Of a stretch of DNA of 64,000 nt, positions 52,341-64,000 are shown in pieces (positions within the stretch are counted from its first letter, which is position 1; every line of letters starts with the position of its first letter). The stretch is from Utricularia gibba (lineage: Eukaryota > Plantae > Magnoliophyta). Under the pieces are notes generated by a model. The model had not been told where the DNA came from. It saw only the letters and a program-made list of their open reading frames with translations, and did no database searches. Where the stretch lies: the NCBI GenBank assembly GCA_002189035.1, contig CM007989.1:5270001-5334000 (forward strand), read 5' to 3'. The position numbers and the translations under genes are program-made.

Positions 52341-53794
52341 GAGGATTGTTAAGTGCCATTTTCTACGTGTTTATTATGTAGTATTGCATGTTAATTTAGA
52401 ATAAGTTGCCCAAATTACAAGTTATATTAATAAATATTACATTTTATCAGGAAAAATTCAATTATTGTTATTTGTATATATTTTTGTGTCATTTTTCATT
52501 CACTTTCATCTAAAGTGGTAGGAAGCAATTTTTAAGTATTGTAATAGACTTGCAGGACACAAAACACTGACATTCCATGACTTGTACACGACTTGGAGCT
52601 ATCGTGAGCAGAAGACTAACACTATTCAGAGTCCGTGACTTACGACATGCTAGAGTTTGCAATAATGATTGGGCACTTACTTGCACGAATGAAAAAGCTG
52701 GCTGCAAAAGCAAGACATAAAGAATGATGGAAAGGGAGTAGAGAAAGTTAATGCACGTGGGATGTAAATTAAAAAAAACTTGGGAACGTCTTAGATGGAA
52801 TTGTTTTCACTTAACTTTTGGATTGGAACTGTGGTTTTTCTTTCTACCCTAGGGAGGAAGAACACTTTCCTCTTTACATTTTTTTTTTCTGTTTGTTATG
52901 GCAATTCGTGGCTAAAATTTTTTAGTTTTTGGAAAGTGATTAAGTTTCATTCAATGACTTGAACACAAATATTGGTTCTTCTTTAAATTTCTTCTGAATT
53001 TTGCATATTACCACGTATCACATTACAATCTTTGTGTAACATTTGTTAGTCATGGTACTTCCGTAGACAAACACTACTCGTGGATTTTGATGAAGAGTAA
53101 AGTGAAGAGCATCATCTCCAACCCTATTAGTTTTAGGGAGATAGAAAATTTTCTATGATCAGGATATTTCGCTAATGGATGGACAGTGACCTCATACCCA
53201 TCATTGGTCATTGGTAACAACTGGGCAGACGCACATAATTCGATTTTGAAGGCAATCGACAACAATCCTCTTATCCTCTTAATCATCTAATGGGAAATCA
53301 CATGAGACTATTTCTGTGCCTACTTGCAAAAGAGTGTAAGAGAGAATAGGCTTTGCTCAAATAACCAATTATTCGAAAGAAACCAATGAAAGTCGAGGTG
53401 AAGAGAGACAGAGGAAATAGATTCCCTTTCCCATGAATTGTTTTACTTAATTGTATTTTGTATTGTAGTATTTCAAAACTCCTTTTATAAACCTGTGATA
53501 ATTTGCAATAGTTTAGCATAAAACACTTTTTGTAAAATTCAACTCTTTGAGATTAACACTTGTACTACGCTTTATTTGGTTTCTATGTTTTTCATATTTA
53601 AAATTTGTTGATAAAATGACACACAACAAGGGTAGACTTAGATGGGTTGCTTTCTAAGCACTAATTTCTCCCATGTTTATGGATTGCTAATCTCTTTTGA
53701 ATTAGAGGGTCACATCAACCTTTACTCAAGTTTGTCTATTTTGAGTAAGTTGTACTCAATGCCAAAAATTTCATTGCTTTGTTGATTGACCTAT

Positions 53795-56258
53795 TGAAAA
53801 CACACACATTTTCTTATTTTTAGAATAAGAAAATTATACTTTTGAATCATATTTTAAGTATTTATGTTATAGTTTTCAGTACTTTACCAAAATATAGGAC
53901 ATCATGTAATTTTGTGTGTTAATGGACTATATTCCTTTATTTAGCACATTCCATGTTATTAAACTTTTTTTTCTAGTCCAGCATCAAAGTTTTGAAATTA
54001 GGGAGGAGACAGGAATTTTGTGCATGTAGAGATTTAGAAGAATGAGAAGCATTAAAAGAGGAGACATAATGCATTGTCTTACCATCCGCAGTCTAAAGGT
54101 TTAGGCAAGGATTAGTACGGATGTAAGAAACAATATACTAACTTTGAAAAATGTAGAAAAAAAAAGTGAAGATATTTTTGAAGACAGAAGGAGGAGAACG
54201 CGACCAGCTCCCAGGAGAGGGAGGAAGAACACAAAAAAAGGAAAAAGAAGACGATTTTTCAGAAGAAAAATCTCAAATGTGAAGAACAAGCACTTAAACC
54301 CAATTCAGCGCTATTATTCCACGCCGTGAACAGTAGTAGGATGAAACATAACACTTTATTTGCTTAGTTTGTTGAATACTTTACTTTCGTTGGTTGTTTT
54401 TTTAACAATGTTGTGGATATTTTCTTCAGTTTATGACTATGAAATCTTGCTTTATTTTCCATACATGAGTAGCTAAAACCTTGTAAATGCTTTAAGGTAA
54501 AGCATGGTGGTATAGGTCTAGGGTTCATAATATAATTTGTCATTATTTTTTAGCTTTTTTTTCTATCATTCCATGGGTAGACCTAAGGAAGGAAATGAAC
54601 GTTAGAATGGGTTGCTAAATGTTGCGGTTTAGCACATTCAATGCATCAAAAGAAATTTATAAACTTAGCTATTCTACTTCACAAATCACAAGAATTAGTG
54701 TAGTGTGGTAGGCAATGGTCGAATCCACGGGGAATGGTTGTAATTTCCTGAAGTTTATCACATTTAATGAAAACAGGGGGGTTTTTCTTGGGGTTTAGCT
54801 CTAATGCGCGTAAGACATAAAATAGCAGTAGCTGAAATAAACAAGTTATAGGAATGAAAAGGCACTGAAATTAACGTCAATGTGCAGAAAACATAAAATA
54901 AAAGTGACTTGACCTTGTTTTACACCAAAGTCTACTCTTGTGTCACTCAAGAGAGCCCATAAGCTTAAACCCAACTTTAAAACACTTAAAAACAGAGCAA
55001 CGGTTCACAGGAACAGTAAATAGCATGTTAAACTTAAAACCAAACATGAAAGGATTAAACATAAACATGTTCATAAGCTGAAATAAGGTTTACAGAGGAT
55101 TTTCTGTTCACAACAAGGCACCAGAACGTAACAGAAAGCATGAAAACAAAGATAATGACAGCAGCGAGTTCGTCAACAAAGAAAGTGCAGAAAAACACAA
55201 ATAAAGGTGTCAGGTTGCTTCTATGGGTTGTAGATCTGCTAGAAATCAAAGTTTTGGGTGGAAAGCTTGTGTAAAAGTGTAGATTTTGAGGTCATCAGAG
55301 GTGTTTGCTGGAAAAACATAGTTCTCCTCCTCCCACTCCTCTCTCCCGTGCTATTCGCTTTTCTCTCTCCTCTTCCTTTTTCCTTTTTCAGTTCAAAAGT
55401 AAGGGTATCTTCATCTTTTTCTAAGGGTTCTAGAAGAGAGATCTCTGCTCCAAATCTTATCTTTTCAAAATGGCGGATGCTTTCGGCAAAAAGTGACTTT
55501 TTCATAGCTTTTCTGTCCCTTTTGACTTATCAATATGGAAAATGCGCTGTTACAATATTAGTTCTTATCCTGTTAAGACTTAAACAAAGACTAGAAAAAA
55601 ATATTAGAGTTTTCGACTCAATTGTTGCCAATTGAGCATGTTTTCACAATAAACACATTTTAACAAATTAAATACACAAAGTAAACAATTTAGCAGACTA
55701 AACAATATTTGACCATACAAAACACATCTAAACAATAGGTATTAGTCTAAGATAGAACCAATGGAACTAAGTAAACCTAATTCTATATACTTTGCATGTG
55801 GGTAGACCTAATTGTGACGTTAGTGATGATATTGGGGACTATATTAGCCGAAAACATGATGAATGACTTGGGTAGACTTAGGTTATGTTGGAATTGTGAG
55901 TATAAGAACATGGTAAATTAAATTAGGCATTTTAGCACCACATCACCTGCATATCCTTAAAGCATCTTAACGTTACTTTGTATTAGAACCAGTATTTGTT
56001 ATTTTCAACGTTGAAACTTGATCTTATTTACTGAAATTGCTTACTACTGTTATTTTGAACTTAGACTAAGAACTACGTTTATTCTGAACTCTTCATCTGC
56101 TAAAGCACTTTGCAAGCATCAATTCCTTGTGACCTATTTCGAATTCCACTTTATAGTTTGTATTTAATTTGTATTTTATGAGAATTAGAACTTATAAATT
56201 TATTTGATACGAAAATTTGATTTTATTGCAACGACATTGCTAAAATTTTTGTTTATCA
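53795..56258 (+). mobile_element. Family A solo LTR with a nested inverted LTR-like insert (~54620-55690)
   Basis: TGAAAACACACAC...TTTTGTTTATCA; perfect TSD CCTAT (53790-53794, 56259-56263). Confidence 0.85.
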
Positions 56259-56395
56259 CCTATAATCATTTCAAAAGCTCTTAATTCTTTTGTGCTTTTG
56301 ATCTGGTGGTTGATCTAAAGAGAATTATGAGAGGATTGATATTCTTATTTCTTTTATCTTCATTGTCTTCATCTTTGTCATTCATGATCTCATCA

Positions 56396-56985
56396 TTTTT
56401 CATAATGTTTTTTTTTTACTAACATGCTCTTTAATACCACATAACCCATTGAAAGTGTGGAAAGATGTCGGATTGTGCTCAAGTATCTAAAGAGAATGGT
56501 TCAATTGCATATCATTTGCAAGGCATATTCGGTCTAATTTAAGAAAAAAAATGTCCGCAAAAATATGAGCTGTAGGAATTAAGATCAGATTTAGGAAAAA
56601 CACGAGTTATCACAAGAAACAAAATGGCTTAGGTGGTATGATTAATATTATAATTCTATTAAACGAAATATGATACTTAACACTTATGAAATAGAAGTAC
56701 TTTAGAATAATACTCACAAAACTTATACAAATGAATTAGTTTTTAAGATTTTTATAGATACACGCATAAGCAAGTTTCAGAATCATGGAATATTGTAAAA
56801 AAAATTTATTACTATTGTTTTTAAAATCATTTTTTTGTTGTTTTTTTTTTTTGAATAATTTTTTAAAAATTTAAAATAATCAATTGATTATAGAGATAAT
56901 AGTATTTATTAATTCAATAATTTATTTACATTTACAAAATTATCATTATTTACTTTAAAGTATTTTTATAGCATAATATTAAAGT
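56396..56985 (+). repeat. Family X repeat copy 2, 3' part
   Basis: Resumes family X sequence (CATAATGTTT..TACCACATAACC..CAAGTATCTAAAGAGA) directly after the CRM terminus. Confidence 0.6.
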
Positions 56986-58181
56986 AATAATTTAATATAG
57001 TGAATCTTTTAATATATTTTATTTTCTTAAATTTGATAATATACCATAAATAGTTTTAATTTCAAAACTGATTATATTATATATAATATTAAATACTGAA
57101 GAGGTACTTGTTAAATGTATAGGATAGAATGACACCACGTGCAGGGTCGATGTGCAACGCCAATCCATGCGACGTCCACATTGGTTAAATGACCCAGGCC
57201 CAGGATCAGGCCCAGGCCCTTGATTCCTCAAACGTTCCTAATGGTAGACCACAAAAGTTCTGGGCCTCGACCCAAACGCACCACCACTTCCATCTATCAG
57301 TCAACCCTCAAGTCTCAACTACCACTGCAGAACCGTCCATTATTGCAGCGCCAGGATTGTTGCGCACGCTCCTAATATTTTTGTAAATTAATTTTAACTA
57401 TAAAATTTAATTGCCACTCATGTTATCATTTTATTAATCTATATATTTTGAATTGATTCTATTTATTTTTTTGTATATTTCAATCTTATCTTTTTTTTTA
57501 GAAAATTAAAAATTCAAATTCTGCAATAAACTTTAAGTTAATTATAAAAATTTATTTAATTTTAATACACTTCAAAAATACATTTATATTATACTATAAA
57601 ATATTTTTACAATCTGAAAATTTAATTTTTTTTATGAAATCTTAAGACTAATTGTATTATACATAATTTGAAGTAAAAATTAAAAAATAGAATGGGCTTA
57701 TAATCTTCAAAAACAATAGATTAACAATCCATATATATTACCTTAAATAATCAAATATATTAATTTCTTACATTTTCATCTATTTAAGTATATCTTATAA
57801 ATTATCTAATATTTTCGATGGTAATTATTCAATTTATTTGAGTGATTTTCCATTTACTCAATTGTAAATAGAATTTACATGAATTATATAGCTATTTTGA
57901 TGTTTCATAAATCCCTTGTGTAAAAAATTATGGTCATATCCAAATGTGTTATTCATTCTATTATGGACGAAGGTTGCTAGTGACTTCTCACATTGGATAA
58001 AAATATGGCTCAATAATTTCACACACATACAGGAGAGTGAGGTCGAACAAAAGTAGTGAGATTTTTATTTATATATGTTTTTGAAATTTTTTTTCCAATA
58101 CATCTCATGGCATTAACCACCCACGCTTTTTTTATAAGTAGAAAGTAGAATGCGGCTGTGGCAGTACACAAGGCAAGGGCG

Positions 58182-58786
58182 ATGGAGATGAAGCTCGCGT
58201 TCGGTATCCTCTCCTTGTTCCTTCTCTCCTCCATCTTCTCCACTTCCACATCTGTAAGTCCTTCCGGATATACTTCCTCACTTTCCGAAGGGGCGCCGCC
58301 AATGCTCATCATTTTGTGTTGTCTTAAATTTTACAGGCTGATCCAAGCTGCGTCTACACCGTGTACGTGCGAACCGCAAACGCCGACGACAGTGGCACCG
58401 ACTCCGTCATTAGTGCCACATTCTCCGACGCCAGCGGAAACTCCGTCAAGCTCAAAAATCTCGCTTCCTGGGGGGGCAAATCCGGCCCCAACTACAACTA
58501 CTTCTCCAACGGGAGCATCGACCTTTTTACCGGCACTGCAGCGTGTATCAGCGGCCCTATCTGCAAATTGGTGCTGACCTCCGAAGGGAGTGGGAAGTTT
58601 CCGTCTTGGTACTGTAGGTCTCTGCAAGTTGTTTCCACCGGATTTGGGAAGCCCTGCAACCGTATGACGTTCACGGTGGACCAGAGGCTTGCTCCAGACG
58701 CGCAGCCCGCGTATCTCACCGCCGTCAGGGATTACTGTGGCTCCGCTACCGGCGCCGGCGAGATTCTCATGGTCACTCAGATGTGA
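58182..58786 (+). CDS. Secreted PLAT/LH2 single-domain protein 1 (173 aa)
   Basis: Exon 1 58182-58253 (hydrophobic signal MEMKLAFGILSLFLLSSIFSTSTS), GT-AG intron, exon 2 58337-58786 (DPSCVYTVYV..GTDS.IS..NL..WGG..YNYF..DLF..C..PIC..LTS..WY). TATA-like TTTATAAG at ~58132. Confidence 0.93.
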
Positions 58787-59959
58787 TGATGTGTGTGTTG
58801 TGACGTGGGATTTGGGATCCGGCGTAATAAATGTGAAATCACTAGAATGCCCCCCGCCATCAATAATCAGAACCCCGTTTCTCATTCCTCAAGACACCAA
58901 AAGACGACGCATGCCACTAAAGTAGGGTCGTCGGGTTACGCTTCGAATCTATTTTTGCAATTAAATTAATATCGCTACTTTAGAAAATAACAAAAAACGT
59001 GCGCCAAATTCGATGCTTTATTTTCAAATTGCCCACTGCCCACCCCACTTAAATAGAATAATTATTCACTATACTTAAATAGTGAAGCAGGAAGTATTTA
59101 GTACACCGTGCGTGTCATAAATGATTTTACGCTTTCAAAAGATGAGAAGGGATGGGATCCATCCCCCAGGCACGTTGCTGCTGTGTCAATTGTAAGTTCA
59201 TATTTGTCACAGCGGACAAATAATAACTGATGTAAGAGGTGGCAACTGGCAACTATGAAATTATCCAAAACCAAATTTAGTTTTTATTTGTTCCTTGGCA
59301 TTGGATGGGCGTAGGGCAGGGCAGTTGATGAATCGCGGGGCCCCGCAGTCCATCAGTGTAGTGATGTAAGGGACCGCGTGAACGTTGATAATTCATTTAT
59401 GGACTGGCGGGGGCGTACGAAGCAACCAATGGGCATCGTGCATTTCAGATAAGATTGGGATGCAATGCATGCAACTCTTTCTTTCAACTTCATATGAGAA
59501 GGAAGGATCCCCGTCAACCTGAAAGGAGAAACACGTGCGTCATCTACCACCCCGTCTCACCTACTCCCTCCATCCCCACCCGGAAAAAGGGAAAAATACG
59601 CGAATTAGTGCTTTGATTCACCAAAAATCAACATCCATTACCAGCAATTACAAACCAATAGTTGTTTTCTCTGCTCTTGTTGATGCGCAGGTTCGGTTAG
59701 GATGGCAAGGGAAGCTCATCATCGATTAATGCTAATCAAGGACACTGCCTACTCGAATTCCTACTCCTAAATAGTTTTATTTCGCTTTTTTTATGCATTC
59801 GATTTAAAATACATGTGTATGATTTTAACTATAAATGTGAAAATTTTGTACTTTTGAGAGATGAGCGGGTCGGGTTTGAAAATGTGGGTTTCGAACCGGG
59901 ATTACCTGTCTTTATAGATGCAGGGAGTAAAAAGAGAAAGAGGTCCGTAACAGCGCATT

Positions 59960-60591
59960 ATGGCGATGGGCGTCATCAAACTCGTCTTCGCTCTCTTCAT
60001 CGTCTTCTCTATCTCTGCAACTGTAACTCATGCACTCATTTATGCTTTGGGCATTGGTATCCGGTTCTTGAGACTTATGGCTGGTGATCTTACAATTTTG
60101 TTGTTATTTTTTTAAACCTGCAGGCGCAGATCACTCCGTCAACTTCTTGCGTGTACTCTGTGTACGTCAAAACCGGTTCAATGCCCTTCGCCGGCACGGA
60201 CTCAACCATCAGCGCCACCTTCTCCACCGCCTCCGGCTCCAAGCTCTCCATCGGAAATCTCGTGCAATGGGGCGGCCTCATGGGGAACGGCTACAACTAT
60301 TTCGAGGGCGGAAATGTGGACGTTTTCGGCGCAGTGGCGCCGTGCCTGAACGAACCCATTTGCTCTTTGACTCTCACATCCGACGCCTCAGATTTGTTCC
60401 CGTCCTGGTACGCTGAGTCTGTGCAAGTGTCCGCCGGGGGATGGGGCAAGCCGTGCACGCAGCAGTTTTTCAACGTTAACCAGTGGCTGTCGACTATTTT
60501 TGCACCTTTTAGTCTGACTGCTAATGTCAATAACTGCAACCCGAAACTCAGCGTCGCCGGCACCGACCCGCCGGTGGCGTATGAGGTGTGA
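59960..60591 (+). CDS. Secreted PLAT/LH2 single-domain protein 2 (176 aa)
   Basis: Exon 1 59960-60022 (MAMGVIKLVFALFIVFSISAT), exon 2 60124-60591 (CVYSVYVKTGS..AGTDS..WGGLMG..YNYFEGGNVDVF..QWL). Closest of the three to canonical plant PLAT1/2. Confidence 0.95.
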
Positions 60592-61034
60592 CGGCATCTG
60601 TGTCGATGTTGGGCTGCGGCCAAGCGAAAAAAGGATGTTTTCCACAGAATAAGTGAAATGACACAAGTGTCCTCTTCAGCCGCAATTCAATACGCGGAGG
60701 TTTTTGTTGAATTCGACCATACTGTTGCAAAAAAAGCCTTCCGAGGAGTTGATTTCAAATACGTTGGTTGAAAAGCCAATCCAAAAATCTAATAGACTTG
60801 GAAATTTTGATAAAAATATAATTTAATTCATATTTTAAATATAAGAAAACGATAAAAAAAAATCATATTTTCAAATCATTTATATTATGAAAATAATATA
60901 TAAATTTTTGATCTTATTATAATAGTTTGGATATATTTATATTAAAATTATAATTTAAAATTAAAATATTTCAAGAGTTTATGTGAATAAAAGAAAATTA
61001 ATAAAATATTTAATTAATTTATTTTATAAAATAT

Positions 61035-62169
61035 TGATGTTGATTGTGCAATTGCATATAAACTGTCAAAGTAATAAAATAATATCGTATCCACGGGGAA
61101 TTATTATTAGAATTTTCTTTTCAAATAAAAACTCAAAAAGATTGAAAACAAAAGAAAGATTTGAATTTAAAAACAATAAGAAAAGTTGTATTGGATCTAA
61201 TATCCACCTTATTTAAAACTCGCTCTTGCGTGTGTGCAAATCTTGAAGACTGCTTGCTTATGCAAGCTCTGGGAGTGTTATTCTAAAGTAATGCTACTTG
61301 GTGACCGCTATAGCACCGTCCCTTGTTTTGTGGTATTATAGAATCAACTACGCCACCAGGGCCATTTCACTTCTTGTGATAACCCATGTTTTCACTACAC
61401 CTAAATCTAACCCCTACCCCTCACATCTTGAGGATAGATTAGATAGAATGTGACTTACCAATGATATTCGATTGAGCCCTTCTCCTTAGGTGATTGAGGT
61501 CAACCTTTGATACTCTCACACTCTCTTTGAGTTATGTCATACTAAAGAGCACGTTGGTAAAGAAAACGTTGCGAAAAACAAAATCAAACCTCAATTTAAA
61601 TGTCGAAAAACATAGTAAAATAGTCACACGTGCAGGACTTGCGCAAGCAAGGCTTCACCGTAGATCCTCAACCACAAGTGCCTACACGTGCAAACTCTAT
61701 TATAACATGAAAATAGACATGAAAATAGGAAAAATACAAAAGAAAAGTGGTCAAAGTATGTCTCTAATGGTTGAGAGAGTGTGATATTTATAAAAAAGTA
61801 GATCCAAGTCTTTGTATTAAGCTTGCTTGATGGACTCGGATAAAATCTTCTATCCAAATCTTCCAAAATCATCTTCATATCTTTATCTTATCCATGAATC
61901 TTGAACCAAATATTCATTGTTTGACTGAGTCTTGGTTGAGACTCGTGGCCCATCAAATCCATAATTTGGTGCATCTTGATTTCTCCTCAAATTGATCCAA
62001 AAGTATCCTAAAAATTCACAAAATATCATTTATCTCCAACAAGATCAAAGTAGTATGAAAGATGCAAAATCAATTGAGAATAATGAGAAAGTAAAATCTA
62101 ATATAAGTAAAAACAACACTTAAGAGTAGTAGAATAATATGTTTTGGAACGACACAAAATCAATTATCA
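61035..62169 (-). repeat. Family X repeat copy 4, between PLAT genes 2 and 3
   Basis: Reverse complement of family X (TATAGCACCGTCCC at ~61308, ...GACACAAAATCAATTATCA end); no TSD confirmed. Confidence 0.75.
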
Positions 62170-63363
62170 AAGAGTAATGATTGTATTATATTATAAAATT
62201 ATAGATATAATTATAAATGTATATTTAGAATCAATTTTTAAAAGTAACTACTACCATAAATTATTCTCTCAATTTTGGGATAAAATTGAAGTAATTTTTG
62301 AAAATTACACATGATAAAAGATAATAATTATTTGAATGTTTGAAAATTAGAAACCATTCTTGAAATATAGATAGTTATTAGCTGCGTTCCGCATGAAGCC
62401 GAGTATTTTAATGAGGAAGAGGAAAGAAAACGAATTGTGAGAATATCTAATATTTTCAAGCAAATAGTGAAGCGGCATGTACGGTGAATGTGATGATAAA
62501 CTTCGAAGAGCCCGAAGCCACCTGTCCGCCCCGCCCCGCCATTCTCATCCCTCTGCATTGTCATAGGGAACATCGCGTAGTTAAATTTGGAACTCACCCG
62601 CCACCTTTCGGCTCGCGGTCCGGATAATGAAATCCGACGTGGAATAGCAATTAAAGTATATGTGTCAATAGGGCCGGGGCCGGCCGGCTGCTGTGCTGTG
62701 TCTGTCTGTGTTACGCCTTTATTATTTCCGGATAAAGAAAAACGAAATAAAAAAATGAGTTCACCTAAAACCACGTGTGTCGGATGCACCTACGAGTCCA
62801 CGAAAGTCGTCTCCAGCTGCATTCAGTAAATCACAGTAGGGGTTCGATTTTAAGGCATGATAAGCTCTTAGCACGTGCTTCTTGTGTTGCTGACAAAAGA
62901 ATGGATAGCCTCAAAAATAATGAAGAGGGAGGGTATGGGGTATGGAGTATGGAGTATGGGATTTGGTAGGTTGGGGGCAAGTGACGCCCACATCCTGTGT
63001 TGTTCAAAAGACGCTAAAAAAGGGGAGCCCTGAAACACAAGACACTCACGATGACGATGGAAGGAAGAAGGATCTCCGAGGTGCAAAACTGGAAGCCCAT
63101 GCGGAACAATACACTAGAATTCGTACCAATTCCAATAACAATTACAAATAAACCGGTTTACAAGCATTTGGATAATAATGCATAATCTTGCACTGGGGCT
63201 CTTCAACAACCTCACTTGTACATATAATATAGATATTTTTATTTATTTGAGGGTTTGTGGAATCCTGAAAATAAATGAATAAACACACGCGGCACTGCAG
63301 TGGGACTCTAAAATAAGTAGGAGTGATAGCGCTATGGATGTCATCCTAAGGAAACCACCGAAA

Positions 63364-63973
63364 ATGGAGTTGAAGCAGTACGTCTTCTTCTTCGTGCTAA
63401 CGCTCTTCTCCTTGCTCAACCTCTCCGCAGCCGTAAGCCACTCTTACATTTAATAACAATGTCTGAAGAAGCGGATTAATCAGATTATCTTTCTTTTTGT
63501 GGATTCAGGATCCATCTTGCGTGTACACCGTGTACGTGGAAACCGGTTCAGGCTACCTCTCCGGCACCGACTCAAACATCAGCGCCACCTTCTATGCGGC
63601 CTCCGGGACCGGAATCTCGATCACCAATCTGGTGGCCTGGGGCGGAGAAGCGGGCAACGGTTACTTCAAGACTGGAAGCGTAGACGTCTTCAGCGGAATA
63701 GGGCCGTGCTTGGGTGCCCCCGTCTGTGCCGTCAACATCACCTCCGATGGGAAGGGATGCAGCAACCCCAGCTGGAAATGCAACTCCGTGGAGCTCTCCG
63801 TCGCGGGTTGGGGCCAGCCATGTGGAAATATCAAATTCAGTATCAACCAGTGGCTCGCGGAGTTTGCTTATCCTTATAGTCTCAGTGCCTTCGTGAATTC
63901 TTGCAACGGTATCGGCGGCGGCAGCGCCGTCGGAGGATCCGGGGCCGCTTTGCCGACGGTGCATGTGGTTTGA
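63364..63973 (+). CDS. Secreted PLAT/LH2 single-domain protein 3 (177 aa; 187 aa if the in-frame ATG at 63334 is used)
   Basis: Exon 1 63364-63432 (MELKQYVFFFVLTLFSLLNLSAA), exon 2 63509-63973 (DPSCVYTVYVETGS..GTDS..WGG..YF..DVFSG.GPC..QWLA). Confidence 0.93.
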
Positions 63974-64000
63974 TGGACGTTGAATCAGTGTTGGTGTTGG

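Larger units (their letters stand above)
43733..56395 (-). mobile_element. Degenerate CRM-lineage Ty3 chromovirus; 5' LTR (47722-56395) fragmented by nested insertions
   Basis: 3' LTR 43733-44306 with PPT AAGAAAGGAGGGA (44307-44319) and the GIITRSR CR-type motif inside it. RT SPCSIPMLLVPKHDGIWRMC..YPIPRVDDML (45626-45922). Degenerate PBS TGATATCAAAGCC (47707-47719). 5' LTR pieces at 47722-47808, ~51600-51800, ~53700-53794 and 56259-56395. Flanks TTTTC / TTTTT(C). Confidence 0.85.

Noticed and set aside
58150-58191. Out-of-frame uORF over the PLAT gene 1 start
   Set aside because: Its ATG is only ~15 bp after the TATA-like motif, so probably upstream of the TSS.
58019-58885. Overlapping and antisense ORFs across PLAT gene 1 (similarly at 60084-60730 and 63499-63964)
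   Set aside because: Shadow ORFs produced by GC-rich codon usage of the real genes.
38421-63973. Functional cluster linking TPP and the PLAT genes
   Set aside because: They are separated by ~18 kb, mostly TEs; nothing in the sequence supports co-regulation.

Overview
Plant (angiosperm) nuclear DNA. It holds two small gene islands inside a deeply nested transposable-element landscape. Genes: one 8-exon trehalose-6-phosphate phosphatase (38421-40129, +, 378 aa) and a tandem trio of divergent two-exon secreted PLAT/LH2-domain genes (58182-58786, 59960-60591, 63364-63973, all +). Mobile elements: degenerate Copia remnants, a ~13.8 kb Tat/Retand-like Ty3 element, and inside it a hAT MITE and a young 5.4 kb Ivana-like Copia (LTRs ~99% identical, perfect TSD). 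There is also a CRM-lineage Ty3 element whose 5' LTR is broken up by nested inserts, two families of solo-LTR-like repeats, a four-level LTR/hAT nest and a MULE-like element with ~300 bp inverted repeats. No tRNA, rRNA, CRISPR or recognisable miRNA was seen. I cannot demonstrate a new biological system from sequence alone. The best candidates for follow-up are the divergent PLAT cluster, the intron-poor TPP with its upstream triple-ABRE module, and the young Copia. All alignments and counts were done by eye.
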